Part shown: positions 1-13,605 of the stretch, piece by piece
How the letters are laid out: each line of letters opens with the position of its first letter
How positions within the stretch are numbered: position 1 is the stretch's first letter
Assembly (NCBI RefSeq): GCF_036365525.1
Contig: NC_090371.1
Span: 120,294,388 to 120,358,387, forward strand
Length of the DNA: 64,000 bases
From: Heterodontus francisci
Taxonomy: Eukaryota
Direction of reading: 5' to 3'
Program-made: the position numbers and the translations under genes
The notes under the pieces: model-generated
The model's input: the letters and a program-made list of their open reading frames with translations, nothing else
Databases searched by the model: none
Told to the model about the DNA's origin: nothing

Positions 1-1547
1 CCTCCAAGACCATTTACCACCATTCTGGTATTAACTGCACTCTCTGGGGGAAATGTCAGGCCTTTTCCCAGTAAAAGGGATGTGGAGGCCCCTGAGGATT
101 ACTGTGTGCATGCTTGTCCCACTCGAGGGGAATGGGGTCACTCTCCCTTCAGACACAAAATCCTGATAACCTTCAGAAATCCTATTAAACTTTCCTGCAC
201 CTATAGCAGTATGTTTCCTGGGCCTTCCTGCAGCTGCAGTTACAGCCACAGCTTGTTCAGCTGTGCTTTCCATCGGGGTCCTTTCTCCTTCACTGAGCGG
301 ATGTGCCCTGATTAACCCTGTAGTTTCCAGCAGTCAGCTCTTAGATGACCTGCTTTGTTACAATGGAAGCACACAAGTCTCCGGGTCTCACTCCTACTTA
401 CAGCAGCTTCCTTTTTGGCTGGAGGAAGGCCCCGGTGTCTCCTGCCTCTCTTTCTCTTCCAGGACCGCTTGGGTTTCTATCACCTTCCCACCCTTGTCCT
501 TTTCAGATTTCTGGAGGTGACTAGGAAAGGTTTTCCCCTGGAGAACCAACTTATATGTGAGAGCAAACTCATCAGCCAGAACTGCAGTTTACCTGGCTCT
601 ATGAACATTTTGATCCTCTACCTGTGTCTTTAGGGAGAATGGGAGAGAGTTTTTAAATTCCTCGAGCAAAATTACCTCTCTGAGGTTTTCAGAGCTGGGC
701 TGCTCTTTAAGCACCCTCAACCACTGGTCAAAAGCCAGCTGCTTACTTCTCTCAAACTCCAAATAAGTTTGATCAGCTTGCTTCTTGAGGTTTCAAAACT
801 TTTGGTTGTAGGCTTCCGGTACTAAATCATATGTCCCAAGGATAGCATTTTTTGTCAGTTCATAATTGCATGAACTCTTATCTGGCAACAGCGAGTAAAC
901 CTCATGGGTTTTTCCTGTTAGCTTACTTTGTAACAGAAGAGACCAAGTCTCAGCTGGCCACTTTATCTGCCTTGCAAGTTTTTCAAAAGATACAAAAAAT
1001 CCTTCCACGTCTCCCTCACTGATTTTTGGGATCAGTTGGGAGAATTTAAACAATTCAGTACACAGCCCTGAATCTTTATTCTCCATATTGGCCATGTTTT
1101 CACTGGGGTTACTCTGTTGCCCCCTAGTTAACTCAAGCCGCCTCAGCTCTGTTTCCTCACGTTCCTTCTTTCTTTCTCTCTCTCGTGTCTTTCTTTCTCT
1201 CTCTCCTGTCTTTCTTTCTCTCTCGCCTTTCTCTCTTTTTCTTTCTTCTGTCTCTCTCTTTCTGTCTCTCTTTCCCTGTCTTCTAATTCAAGTTTCCTCT
1301 GTTCCAATTGTATCTTTGCTGGCAATACCTCGTCGGAGTCTATTTCTAACTCTGTCTCTGCTTCTTCAGATTCAAGGGACAAATGGTTGGCCACTAGTCC
1401 TAGGAGTTTGGACTTTCTAACCTTAGCACGGACAATGATCCCACACTGCTCAGCCATATTTCTCAACTCCTCAATAGACAGTGCTTTTAACTTATCCCAA
1501 GTTACTTCACCCTGGCTTGGGGAGTTACTGGCTTCAGTTGCAGACAT
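1..1547 (-). mobile_element. Gypsy/Gmr1-like LTR retrotransposon, degraded gag (SCAN-like capsid, zinc knuckle) and start of protease; runs off the left edge
   Basis: ORFs 1143-1547 (coiled coil with ER/EK repeat), 793-1095 (FFVSFEKLARQIKWP..LLQSKLTGK) and 31-273 are collinear with the copy at 17006-18340; frameshifted. Confidence 0.85.
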
Positions 1548-1660
1548 GTTTGTATTCTAGCACACACAACCACAAGAAAACCTGTATTGAAATCTTTTCT
1601 CATTTTAACTGGGATCAATTTGACTTCCCACTTCCAATTTCTCGTTTGTCTGTGAGTTCG

Positions 1661-1680
1661 ATCCGGGACAGTAACCCCTA
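1661..1680 (-). other. Degenerate tRNA-Pro primer-binding site
   Basis: + strand atccgggacagtaaccccta resembles the reverse complement of TGGGGGCTCGTCCGGGAT and lies next to the LTR end. Confidence 0.55.
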
Positions 1681-1686
1681 CATTTC

Positions 1687-2628
1687 TGCTATGACCAGGT
1701 GAGGCATGGGTTTAGGACTTCCCTCTCGGCCTTTTCCTAGTTAAGCCATAACAGGGTTTAATTTTGAAAACACCCTGTATTTAGCTTCCCCTCAGTGAAT
1801 CCTTGTTCACTGCTCTCCAATTATAATGGCAAAGAAATCAATCAGACAGGTTTTCTTAAATCTAAACAAGAAAGGTATATGTTTATTAACCTTAAAACTC
1901 TAACTCGGTTAAAACTACTAAAAACATGCAATGCAACTACGCAAGCATGCATACGTGATAAACACACACGCAAGCAGAGATAGAGGAGGAGAAAGAAGGG
2001 GAAAGGTTTAAAGTAATAGCTGGAGTTCAATTACTTGTTTCGAGTTGGATGTAGAGTCTTTGATTGCAATTCAATCTTGCAGTTCTCGTTGGGGCCCAGT
2101 GCACACTTTCAAACGTGTTTTGCTGTAGGAGTCTTCTCTCTTGACGCTTGAGTTACTTCCGTGCTGGGGTCCCTGGAAATTCATGTGAGAGAGAGACAGG
2201 GAGAGATGCTCTCTTTTCAAGTTCAGTTGCAGTCTGTTTTCAAACTGTTCTGCGAGCACAATTCAACACTCCAAGTTGGCCAGCAGGTTAATCATAAAAC
2301 CAACTCCCTATCTGGACAACCTTTCCAGCAGTTTGTGAATTTCAAAGCTCTCGGTAGGGGCGGGGGTAGGGTGCAGTTCCGTCTCTTACACAGACAAGAT
2401 GTGGATCACGGTTGCCCAGACCAATCTCTGCTAATTGAATCAGTGAGCAGTTCCCATTGACTCTCTTTTTTATCAACTGTCTTTTAGAATGCAAAACAAG
2501 CAGTCATGTTTCCAGCCACTGTGATTTTAAACCAAGCTATTTTGTTCAGTCCAGTAACAGTTTAAAATTAAATATTCCATTTGACAAAATCAACATGTGT
2601 CACTTTGGCAGTTGTAGTTTTCGTGACA
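1687..2628 (-). mobile_element. 5' LTR of the Gmr1-like element
   Basis: TG...CA termini; the reverse complement starts tgtcacgaaaactac and is homologous to the LTRs at 13215 and 19743. Confidence 0.8.
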
Positions 2629-4888
2629 ATGTACTCTGGGTGGGGGACTTCAATGTCCATCATCAAGAGTAGCTCGATAGCACTACTACTGACTGAGCAG
2701 GCCGAGTCTTAAAGGACATAGCTTCTAGACTGGGTCTGCAGCAGGTGGTGAGGGAACCAACAAGAGGGAAAAACCTACTTGACCTTCTCCTCACCAATCT
2801 ACCTGTCGCAAATGCATCTGTCCATGACAGTATTGGCAGGAGTGACCGTTGCACAGTCTTTGTGGAGACGAAGTCTTGTCTTCACAGTGAGGGTACCCAC
2901 CATTGTGTTGTGCGAGACCGTGCTAAATGGGAAAGGTTTCGAACAGATCTAGCATCTCAAAACTGGGCATCCATGAGGTGGTGTGGGCAATCAGCAGCAG
3001 CAGAATTATATTCAACCACAATCTGTAACCTCATGGCCCGGCAGATTCCCCAACCTACCATTACCATCAAGCCAGGAGACCAACCCTGGTTCAATAAAGA
3101 GTGCAGGAGGACATGCCAGGTGCAGCACCAAGCATACTAAAAATGAGGTGTCAGCCTGGTGAAGCTACAACACAGGACAACTTGCATGCCAAACAGTGGA
3201 CGGGGCTAACAATCCCACAACCAACAAATCAGATCTAAGCTCTGCAGTCCTGCCACATCCAGCTGTGAATGGTGGTGGACAATTAAAAAACTGACAGGAG
3301 GAGGAAGCTCCACAAACATCGCCATCCTCAATGATGGGGGAGCCCAGCACATCAATGCAAAAGACAAGGCCAAAGCATTTGCAACCATTTTCAGCCAGAA
3401 GTGCCGAGTTGATGATCCATCTCAACCTCCTCCTGAGGTCCCCAGCAACACAGATGCCAGTCTTCAGCCAATCCGATTCACTCCACATAGTATCAAGAAA
3501 AGGCTGAAGGCACTGGATACTGCAAAGGCTATGTGGTAAATTGTCCAGGACAAATCCGACCCGGCCAATTACCGCCCTATCAGTAAAGTGATGGAAAGGG
3601 TCAATGATAGTGCTATCAAGCAGCACTTGCTGAACAATAACCTGCTCACTGACACTCAGTTTGGGTTCCACCAGGGCCACTCAGCTCCTGACCTCATTAC
3701 AGCCTTGGTCCAAACACAGATAAAAGAGCTGAACTCCAGAGGTGAAGTGAGAGTGACTGCCCTTGACATCAAGGTAGCATTTGACTAAGTATGGCATCAA
3801 GGAACCCTTGCAAAACTGGTGTCAATGGGAATCAGGGGGAAAACTCTACCTAGCACAAAGGCAAATGGTTGTGGTTGTTGGAGGTCAATCATCTCAGTCC
3901 CAGGACATCATTGCAGGAGTTCCTCAGGGTAGTGTCCTAGGCCCAACCATTTTCAGCTGCTTCATTAATAACCATCCTTCAATCATAAGGTCAAAAGTGG
4001 GGATGTTCGCTGATGATTGCACAATGTTCAGCACCATTAGCGGCTCCTCAGATACTGAAGCAGCCCATGTCCATATGCAGAAAGACTTGGACAACATCCA
4101 GGCTCTGGTTGTTAGGTGGCAAGTAACATATACGCCACACAAGTGCTCGGCAATGACCATCTCCAACAAGAGAGAATCTAACCATCTCCCCTTGACATTC
4201 AATGGCAATACCATCGATGAATCCCCCACTACCAACATCCTGGGGGTTACCATTGACCAGAAACTGAACTGGACTAGCTACATAAATACTGTGCCTTCAA
4301 GAGCAGGTCAGAGGTTGGGAATTCTGCAGCGTGTAACTCACCTCCTGACTCTCCAATGCCTGTCCACCATCTACAAGGCACAAGTCAGGAGTGTGATAGA
4401 ATACTCTCCACTTGTCTGGATGGGTACAGCTCCAACAACACCATCCAGGACAAAGCAGTCCACTTGATTGGCACCCCATTCATCATCTTCAACATTCAAT
4501 CCCTCCACCACCGATGCACAGTGGCAGCAGTGTGTACCATCTACAAGATACACTGCAGCAACGCACCAAGGCTCCTTTGACAGCACCTTCCAAACCCACA
4601 ACCTCTACCACCTAGAAGGACAAGGGCAGAAGATGCATGGGAACACCACCACCTGCAAGTTCCCCTCTAAGTCACACACCATCCTGACTTGGAACTTTAT
4701 CACCATTCCTTCACTGTTGCTGGTCAAAATCCTGGAACTCCCTTCCTAACAGCACTGTTGGTGCACCTACACCCCAAGGATGCAGCGGTTCAAGAAGGCA
4801 ACTCACTACCACCTTCTCAAGGGCAATTAGGGATTGGTAATAAATGCTGGCATAGCCAGCGATGCCCACATCCCCCGAACGAATAAAA
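2629..4888 (+). mobile_element. CR1-group LINE (same family as 13606-16895), 5'-truncated and degraded
   Basis: APE motif WVGDFNVHH, RT motifs GVPQGSVLGP and MFADD, shared 3' tail caagggcaattagggat...cccacatccc; internal deletion near 3535. Confidence 0.9.
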
Positions 4889-5163
4889 GTACATTTGTGA
4901 TTGAAGGCGGCTGTCCTAGCATTAATTCACACCTCTATTTACTTCCAGTTAATTTCAGGTGCAAACAGAAGACCTAAATTGCTTGCTTCGTATGAGCCAA
5001 GGGACCTTACAACACTACAACTGAGGGGACAGATTTTGTCAAAACAAATGAATCATGTTGAGCAACATTTTTTGCGCATTATTACTTAAACCCTTGTTTC
5101 ACCTCACAGAGGTGTAGATTTTCCAGTAAAAGCTTAAAAGTTTCCAAACGTTGGAAGAGTTCC

Positions 5164-5519
5164 TAAAGCCTGGCTCAGGTATAAAATTAAAACCCGACCC
5201 GGGCCCAACCTGACAACTGCCAACCCGACCCGGGCCCGAATCCTTTAATTTTTTTAAATGCCCGACCCGACCTGAACACGACACATGTAGTTGGGTTTGA
5301 TCGGGTTGCCAGGCTTGACTGCAGAGTGCAGAGTCCGGACTGCACGTTTCCCACCTTGACGTCCTGAATGTTCATTTGAAGATTACTTCCCGGAGCAAGG
5401 CAGCACTGTCCACGTCCAGCCCGACGCAACATCAGCCCAAATGCTGGACCCGGAAGAGAGAACCGACCCAACCCGAACCCGACACTTGTCGTCGGGTCTG
5501 GTCGGGTTGCCACGCTTTA
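5164..5519. mobile_element. Putative non-autonomous DNA transposon (hAT-like MITE)
   Basis: Terminal inverted repeats taaagcctggc / gccacgcttta and many cccga/tcggg subterminal repeats; no clean TSD. Confidence 0.55.
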
Positions 5520-6124
5520 ATTTATCCTGTGGATAAAAACTGCTTGGTCGGTGTCGTTACTTCAACAGTAGGTGGCAGTAGGTATTAAAAAATGAAACAT
5601 GGCGAATCTCAAGTTGATTTCTGAATATTGCTGGTTACTTAGTAATGCTTGTCGCATTGCATTTGATTTCTAAAACCTGAATTATTCAATGCAATATAAT
5701 GAATACTAAGCAATTTAAATGAAACAGGAGTATTTTGTAGTTTATGGAATTCCAGCAATAGCTGAAAAACTTTTTGAAGATTAAGTACAATGCGTAGATA
5801 TCTAAAATATCTTTGATAATACATTTGGGGATTTTATTTTCTCAGACTAGCCCAGAATTATGGATTTATAATTCTAATGATAAGAGTAATTGTTTTACTG
5901 TATTGGGAGCCACGCTCATGTCAAGAGGCTATTAAAATTTTGAAATATAAGTTTTGAAAATATACCTTACACACTTGCATATATGACAACCCACATTACA
6001 TAGAATTGTGTAGATTTGACAGCACGGAAACAGGCCATTTGACCCAACAGGTCTATACTGGTGTTTATGTGCTGCATAGGACCTCCTCCCACCCTGCTTC
6101 ATCTCACCCCAATATATCATCGAG

Positions 6125-9100
6125 TGATTGAGTCATACAGCACAGAAACAGGCCCTTCGGCCCATCGTGCCTGTGCCGGCCATCAAGTGCCTAAATATTC
6201 TAGTCCCATTTTCCATCATTTGGCCCGTAGCTTTGTATGCTATGGCATTTCAAGTGCTCATCTTAATACGTCTTAAATGTTATGAGGGTTCCTGCCTCTA
6301 CCACTTCTTCAGACAGTGTAATCCAGATTCCAACCACCCTCTGAGTGAAAAGATTTTTCCTCAAACCCCCTCTAAACCTTCTGCCCCTTACCTTAAATCT
6401 ATGCCCCCTGGTTATTGACCCCCTCCGCTAAAGTCTCTTCCTATCTAACCTATCAAAGCCCCTGATAATTTTGTATACCTCAGTCATGTCCCCCCTCAGC
6501 CTTCTCTGTTCTAAGGAAAACAACCCTAGCCTTTTCGGTCTCTCTTCATAGCTGAAATGCTCCAGCCCAGGCAACATCCTGGTGAATCTCCTGTGCACCC
6601 TCTCCAGTGAAATCACATCCTTCTATAGTGTGGTGCCCAGAACTGTACACAATACTCCAGCTGTTGCCTAACAAGCATTTTATACAGCTCCATCATAACC
6701 TCCCTGCTCTTATATTCTATGCCTCGGCTAATAAAGGCAAGTATCCCATATGCCTTCCTAACCACCTTATCTACCTGTGCTGCTGCCTTCAGTGATCTAT
6801 GGACAAGTACTCCAAGGTCCCTCTGGTCCTCTGTACTTCCTAGGGCCATACCATCCATTGTATATTCCCTTGCCTTGTTAGTCCTCCCAAAATGCATCAT
6901 CTCACACTTCTCAGGATTAAATTCCATTTGCCACTGCTCTGCCCGTCTTACCAGCCCATCTATATCATCCTGTAATCTAAGGCTTTCCTCCTCACTATTT
7001 ACAACACTACCAATTTTCGCATCATCTGCAAACTTACTTATCATGCCTCCTATATTCATGTCTAAATCATTAATGTACACTACAAACAGCAAGGGTCCCA
7101 GCACCGATCCCTGCGGTACATCACTGGTCACAGGCTTCCACTCGCAAAAACAACCCTTGACCATCACCCTCTGCCTTCTGCCACTAAGGCAATTTTGGAT
7201 CCAATTTGCCATATTTCCCTGGATCCCATGGGCTCTTACCTTCTTAACAATCTCGCATGCGGGACCTTATCAAAAGCCTTACTGAAGACTACATCACCTG
7301 CTGTACCCTTATCTACACATTGAGTCACCTGCTCGAAAAATTCAATCAAGTTAGTTAGACACGATCTCTCCCTGACAAAGCCATGCTGACTATCCCTGAT
7401 TATTCCCTGCCTCTCCAAATGGAGATTAATCCTGTCGCTCAGAACTTTTTCCAATAGTTTCCCTACCACTGATGTTAGACTCACTTGCCTGTAATTACCT
7501 GGTTTATCCCTGCTACCCTTCTTGAATAATGGTACCACATGCATTGTCCTCCAGTCCTCTGGCACCTCTCCCGTGGCCAGAGAGGATCTGAAAATTTGTA
7601 TCAGTGCCCCTACTATCACTTCCCTTGCCTCACACAACAGCCTGGGATACATCTCATCTGGGTCTGGGGATTTATCCACTTTTAAGCCCGCTAAAACATC
7701 TAATACTTCCTCCCTTTCAATGTTAATATGTTCAAGTATATTGCCACCTATGTTCTCCGGCTCCACACACAGATTGTCACTTTGGTCCCTAATGGGCCCT
7801 ACTCTTTCCCTGGTTATCCTCTTGCCCTTAATATACTTATAAAACGCCTTAGGATTTTCCTTTATATTGACCGCCAATGTTTTTTCATGTCCCCTCTTCC
7901 CTCTCCTAATTATTTTTTTAAGTACCCCCTACACTTTCTATACTCCTCTAATGCCTCCATTGTTTTCAGCGCTCTGAATCTGCCATAATCCTCCTTTTTT
8001 TTCCTGATGCAATACTCTATATCCCTTGACATCCAGGATTCCCTGGACTTGTTGGTCCTACCCTTCACCTTAATGGGTACATGTTGACTCTGAACTCTCA
8101 CTATTTCCTCCTCGAATGCCTCCCACTGGCCTGATGTAGACTTTTCTACAAGTAGCTGCTCCCAGTCCACTTTGGCCAGATCCTGTTTTATCAAATTGAA
8201 ATCTGCTTTCCCCCAATTCAGTACCTTTATTTCTGGCCCTTCTTTGTCCTTTTCCATAACTACCTTAAATCTTACGGAGTTATGGTCACTATCCCCGAAA
8301 TGCTCTCCCACTGATACTTCTACCACTTGTCCAGCTTCATTCCCTAGGATTAGGTCCAGTACTGCCCCTTGTAGGACTTTCTACGTACTGGCTCAAAAAG
8401 CTCTCCTGTATGCATTTTAAGAATTCCTCCCCTTTTAAGCCTTTTGCACCAAGATATTAGATGTTGAAATCCCCTACTATTATTACCCTATTATCTTTAC
8501 ACCTATCTGAGATTTGCCTACATATCTGTTCCTCTATCTCTTCCTGACTGTTTGGAGGCCTGTAGTACACGCCCAGCCAAGTGATTGCCCCCTTTTGTTC
8601 TTGAGTTCTACCCATATGGCCTCATTTGAGGAACCTTCTAAGATATCATCCCTCCTTACTACAATAATTGACTCCTTGATCAACAGTGCAATACCACCTC
8701 CTCTTTTATCCCCTCCCCTATCACGCCTGGAGATTCTATACCCTGGAATATTGAGTTGCCAGTCCTGCCCCTCCCTCAGACCTGTCTCTGTGATAGCAAT
8801 AATATCATAATCCCATGTGCTAATCAATGCCCTCAATTCATCTGCCTTATTAGTAAGACTCCTTGCATTAAAGTATATGCAATCCAACCTTGCATTTTTC
8901 ACTTGTGCTTTAACAGGTCTATATTTGCTCTGCCTTCCAGCCAAACTCAGTTTCTCTTCTATATTTGACTGTGCCTCACCCCCTACTATACCTCCACTCT
9001 GTATCCCACCCCCCTGCCAAATTAGTTTAAACCCCGCCCCCCCCCCCACAACAGCACTAGCAAACCTCCCAGCAAGGATGTTGGTCCTGTTCTGATTCAG

Positions 9101-10410
9101 GTGCAACCCGTCCAACTTGTACAGGTCCCACCTTTGCCAGAAACAGACCCAGTGATCCAGGAACCTAAAGCTCTCCCTCCTGCGTCATCTCCTCAGCCAC
9201 GCATTCATCTGCTCTATCCTCCTATTCCTATACTCACTAGCACGTGGCACAGGGAGTAATCCAGATAGTACAACCTTAGAGGTCCTGCTTTTTAATCTGC
9301 TACCTAGCTCCTTAAATTCTTGTTGCAGGACCTCATCCCTCTTTCTACCTATGTCATTGGTACCAATGTGTATCACGACCTCTGACTGTTCACCCTCCCC
9401 CTTCAGAATGTCCTGCAGCCACTCTGTAACATTCTTGACCTAAGCACCAGGGAGGCAACATACCATCCTGGAGCCTCGTTCGCGGCTACAGAAACGCCTA
9501 TCTGCACCCCTTATGATAGAATCCCCTATCACTATAGCTCTTCCACCCCTTTTCCTCTCCTGCTGTGCAGCAGAACCCTCCATGGTGCCACGGACCTGGC
9601 TGTTGCTGCTTTCCCCTGGGAGGTCAGCTCCCCCAACAGTATCCAAAGCGGTATATCTGTTTGAAAGCGGAATGGCCACAGGGGACTCCTGCAGTACCTG
9701 CCTGCGCCTACTACTCCGTCTGGTTTACACCCATCCCTTTTCTGTCTGTGCTGCCATTACCTGTGGTGTGACCACCTCACTAAGCGTGCTATCCACGACG
9801 TCCTCAGCATCGCGGACACTCCACAGTGAATCCACCCGCAGCTCCAGCTCCATATTGCTGGTAGTCAGTAGCTGCAAATGGATACATTTCCTGCACACAT
9901 GGTCGTCAGGGACGCTGGAAGCATTCCTGATTTTCCACATAGCGCAGGAGGAGCATATCACAGGGCTGTCTCCTGCCATGACTTACCCTTAGATTAATTA
10001 GTTACTCCCTTAATTAAAAAATACTAATTACACTAGGGGCCTTGTTCTACCCACTACAATCTAAAGTCCTTAATAAGTTACACTGAATTAAAAAAAAACA
10101 CTTTAGTAGTACTCACCTTATCACCAGAGGCTTTCTTTCAACAAAAAATCTTTCCCCTTTTTTTTAAGCTATTTAATTGCATTAACAGCTGGTACTCACC
10201 CAACCAATCATCTTGCAGATTTCCCATGATGTCACTGTAAGTTTTTTTTTTCGAGTCTCAGCGCACGTCGAGAGAGGGAGCAGGTCCGCCAGCCACCGCC
10301 GTTCGTCTTCAGGTAAGTGAAGGCCTTGAGCCCCGTGCTCTCTTTTACAGCTCCCTCTCCGGATCAGCTTCCGCCCAGGTCTGCCAGCTGCCGCCGCTCC
10401 TGTCTTCAGG
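6125..10410 (-). mobile_element. Near full-length CR1 LINE: 5' UTR, ORF1 (zinc finger plus SGNH esterase) and ORF2 (APE-RT), disrupted
   Basis: ORF1 pieces 9725-9979 (CSSC..CRKC), IVIGDS, HIGTND, DGLH; ORF2 pieces 6428-8880 (FNARSL, ITET, SDH, QGSVLGP, FADD); CR1 3' tail near 6130. Confidence 0.93.
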
Positions 10411-10544
10411 TATTCATTTAGCTTCCCCTTAAGTGTATCTATGCTACTTGTTTCAACTGTTCCATGTGGTAGTAAGTTCCAAATTTAACCACTCTCTCTT
10501 GCCTGAAATCCTCATTGGATTTATCAGTGACTATCTTATCACAG

Positions 10545-12407
10545 GGAGAATGCTGTCACTGAGACTGCCCTCAATGCAGCCCAGCCTCTACCAGTCATGG
10601 ATGAGCTGGACATACAGCCAACCAAATCGGAACTCAGTGATGCCATTGATTCTCTAGCCAGCGGAAAAGCCCCTGAAATTACCCCTGAAATAATCAAGAG
10701 TGCCAAGCCTGCTATACTCTCAGCACTACATGAACTGCTATGCCTGGGCTGGGACGAGGGAGCAGTACCCCAGGACATGCGCAATGCCAATATCATCACC
10801 CTCTATAAAAACAAAGGTGACCGCGGTGACTGCAACAACTACCGTGGAATCTCCCTGCTCAGCATAGTGGGGAAAGTCTTTGCTCGAGTCGCTCTGAACA
10901 GGCTCCAGAAGCTGGCCGAGCGCGTCTACCCTGAGGCACAGTGTGGTTTTCGTGCAGAGAGATCGACCATTGACATGCTGTTCTCCCTTCGTCAGATACA
11001 GGAGAAATGCCGTGAACAACAGATGCCCCTCTACATTGCTTTCATTGATCTCACCAAAGCTTTTGACCTCGTCAGCAGACGTGGTCTCTTCAGACTACTA
11101 GAAACGATCGGATGTCCACCAAAGCTACTAAGTATCATCACCTCATTCCATGACAATATGAAAGGCACAATTCAACATGGTGGCTCCTCATCAGAGCCCT
11201 TTCCTATCCTGAGTGGTGTGAAACAGGGCTGTGTTCTCGCACCCACACTTTTTGGGATTTTCTTCTCCCTGCTGCTTTCACATGCGTTCAAATCCTCTGA
11301 AGAAGGAATTTTCCTCCACACAAGATCAGGGGGCAGGTTGTTCAACCTTGCCCGTCTAAGAGCGAAGTCCAAAGTACGGAAAGTCCTCATCAGAGAACTC
11401 CTCTTTGCTGACGATGCTGCTTTAACATCTCACACTGAAGAGTGCCTGCAGAGTCTCATCGACAGGTTTGCGGCTGCCTGCAATGAATTTGGCCTAACCA
11501 TCAGCCTCAAGAAAACGAACATCATGGGGCAGGACGTCAGAAATGCTCCATCCATCAATATTGGCGACCACGCTCTGGAAGTGGTTCAAGAGTTCACCTA
11601 CCTAGGCTCAACTATCACCAGTAACCTGTCTCTAGATGCAGAAATCAACAAGCGCATGGGAAAGGCTTCCACTGCTATGTCCAGACTGGCCAAGAGAGTG
11701 TGGGAAAATGGCGCACTGACACGGAACACAAAAGTCCGAGTGTATCAGGCCTGTGTCCTCAGTACCTTGCTCTACGGCAGCGAGGCCTGGACAACGTATG
11801 CCAGCCAAGAGCGACGTCTCAATTCATTCCATCTTCGCTGCCTTCGGAGAATACTTGGCATCAGGTGGCAGGACTATATCTCCAACACAGAAGTCCTTGA
11901 AGCGGCCAACACCCCCAGCTTATACACACTACTGAGTCAGCGGCGCTTGAGACGGCTTGGCCATGTGAGCCGCATGGAAGATGGCAGGATCCCCAAAGAC
12001 ACATTGTACAGCGAGCTCGCCACTGGTATCAGACCCACCGGCCGTCCATGTCTCCGCTATAAAGACGTCTGCAAACGCGACATGAAATCGTGTGACATTG
12101 ATCACAAGTCGTGGGAGTCAGTTGCCAGCATTCGCCAGAGCTGGCGGGCAGCCATAAAGACAGGGCTAAATTGTGGCGAGTCGAAGAGACTTAGTAGTTG
12201 GCAGGAAAAAAGACAGAGGCGCAAGGGGAGAGCCAACTGTGCAACAGCCCGGACAAACAAATTTCTCTGCAGCACCTGTGGAAGAGCCTGTCACTCCAGA
12301 ATTGGCCTTTATAGCCACTCCAGGCGCTGCTTCACAAACCACTGACCACCTCCAGGAGCGTATCCATTGTCTCTCGAGATAAGGAGGCCCAAAAGAAAAA
12401 AAAAAGA
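10545..12407 (+). mobile_element. Young RTE-clade LINE, 5'-truncated, open RT ORF 10597-12345 (582 aa)
   Basis: GVKQGCVLAP, LLFADD, C-terminal CxxC..H zinc finger; 12-bp TSD atcttatcacag at 10533-10544 and 12408-12419. Confidence 0.95.
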
Positions 12408-12419
12408 ATCTTATCACAG

Positions 12420-13214
12420 AATCATAACTGTCACAGCGCAGAAAGAGGCCATTCAGCCCATCGTGGCTGCACCAGCTCTCCGAATGAGCAATTCACTCAG
12501 TTCCATTCTTCCAGTCTTCTCTCCACAACCCTGCACATTCTTCCTTTTCAGATAACAGCCTAATTCCCTTTTGAATGCCTCAATTGAACTTGCCTGCACC
12601 ACACTTTCAAGGAGTGCATTCCAGAGCTTAACCAGTCTCTGCGTGAAGCTTTTCCTCATGTCACTTTTGCTTTATTAGCCAATTTCTTTAAATCTGTGCC
12701 CTCTCATACTCAATCCTTTCATGAATTGGAGCAGTTTCTCTCTATCTACTCTGTTCAGACCCCTCACGATCTTGAATACCCCTATCAAATCACCTCTCAG
12801 CCTTCTGTTCTCCAAGGAAAACAGTCCCAACTTCTCCAATCTATCTCATAACTGAAATTCCTCCTCCCTGGAACCATACTTGTGAATCTTTTTTGTACCC
12901 TCTCCAATGCTTTGACATCTTTCCTAAACTGCAGTGCCCAGAACTGGACGCAACACTCCAGCTCCCAGAACTGGACGCAACACTCCAGCTGAGGCCGAAT
13001 TAGTGTCTTATACAAGTTTAACATAACCTCTTTTCTATTGTACTCTCTGCCCCTATTAATAAAACCCAGCATACTGTATGCTTTATTAACTGCTCTCTCA
13101 ACCTGTTTTGCCACCTTCACTAACTTATGAACATACACCCAGGTCACTCTGCTCCTGGGTGTTGTACCCTTTATTTTATACTGTTATTCCTACCAAACTG
13201 AATCACTTCACATT
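12420..13214 (-). mobile_element. CR1 3' fragment
   Basis: LYKTLIRPQLECCVQFW ORF remnant; contains a 27-bp tandem duplication at 12937-12990. Confidence 0.85.
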
Positions 13215-13605
13215 TGTGACGGAAATCACACCTTCCAAAATGAGACATATTAATTTCGTCATATGGAACATTATTTTTGAACTGTTACTGGACTTAAAAT
13301 AACTTGTTTAAAAAGACCACAACTGTGGCTGAAAACATGGCTGCACATTTACATTCTAAAAGACAGTTGCATGAAGAAGACAATGGGAGTATTCCCTGAT
13401 TCAATTAGCCAGATGGATTTTATCCACAGTGATGATCAAGAGACATTGAGAGTAATTGAGTCAGCATCCCAAAGCCCCCTGTGAGTGTCTGGTGAGCTTG
13501 AAGTAATCCACAAATCTCACAGGCAAGGCTGCTGTAAACAAGGCGTTGGTCATGTGACTACTGGCCAACCTGGAGTTAATTGAATTGAGCTCACAGAACA
13601 GTTTG

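Noticed and set aside
1150-1280. CT-rich microsatellite-like tract
   Set aside because: It encodes the ER/EK coiled coil of gag on the minus strand
6719-7842. Long antisense ORFs over CR1 and other LINE RT regions
   Set aside because: Shadow frames of RT coding sequence, recurring in every copy; no independent evidence of function
12937-12990. 27-bp direct repeat; also a 20-bp repeat at about 44291-44338
   Set aside because: Simple local tandem duplications in dead LINEs; no spacer array, not CRISPR-like
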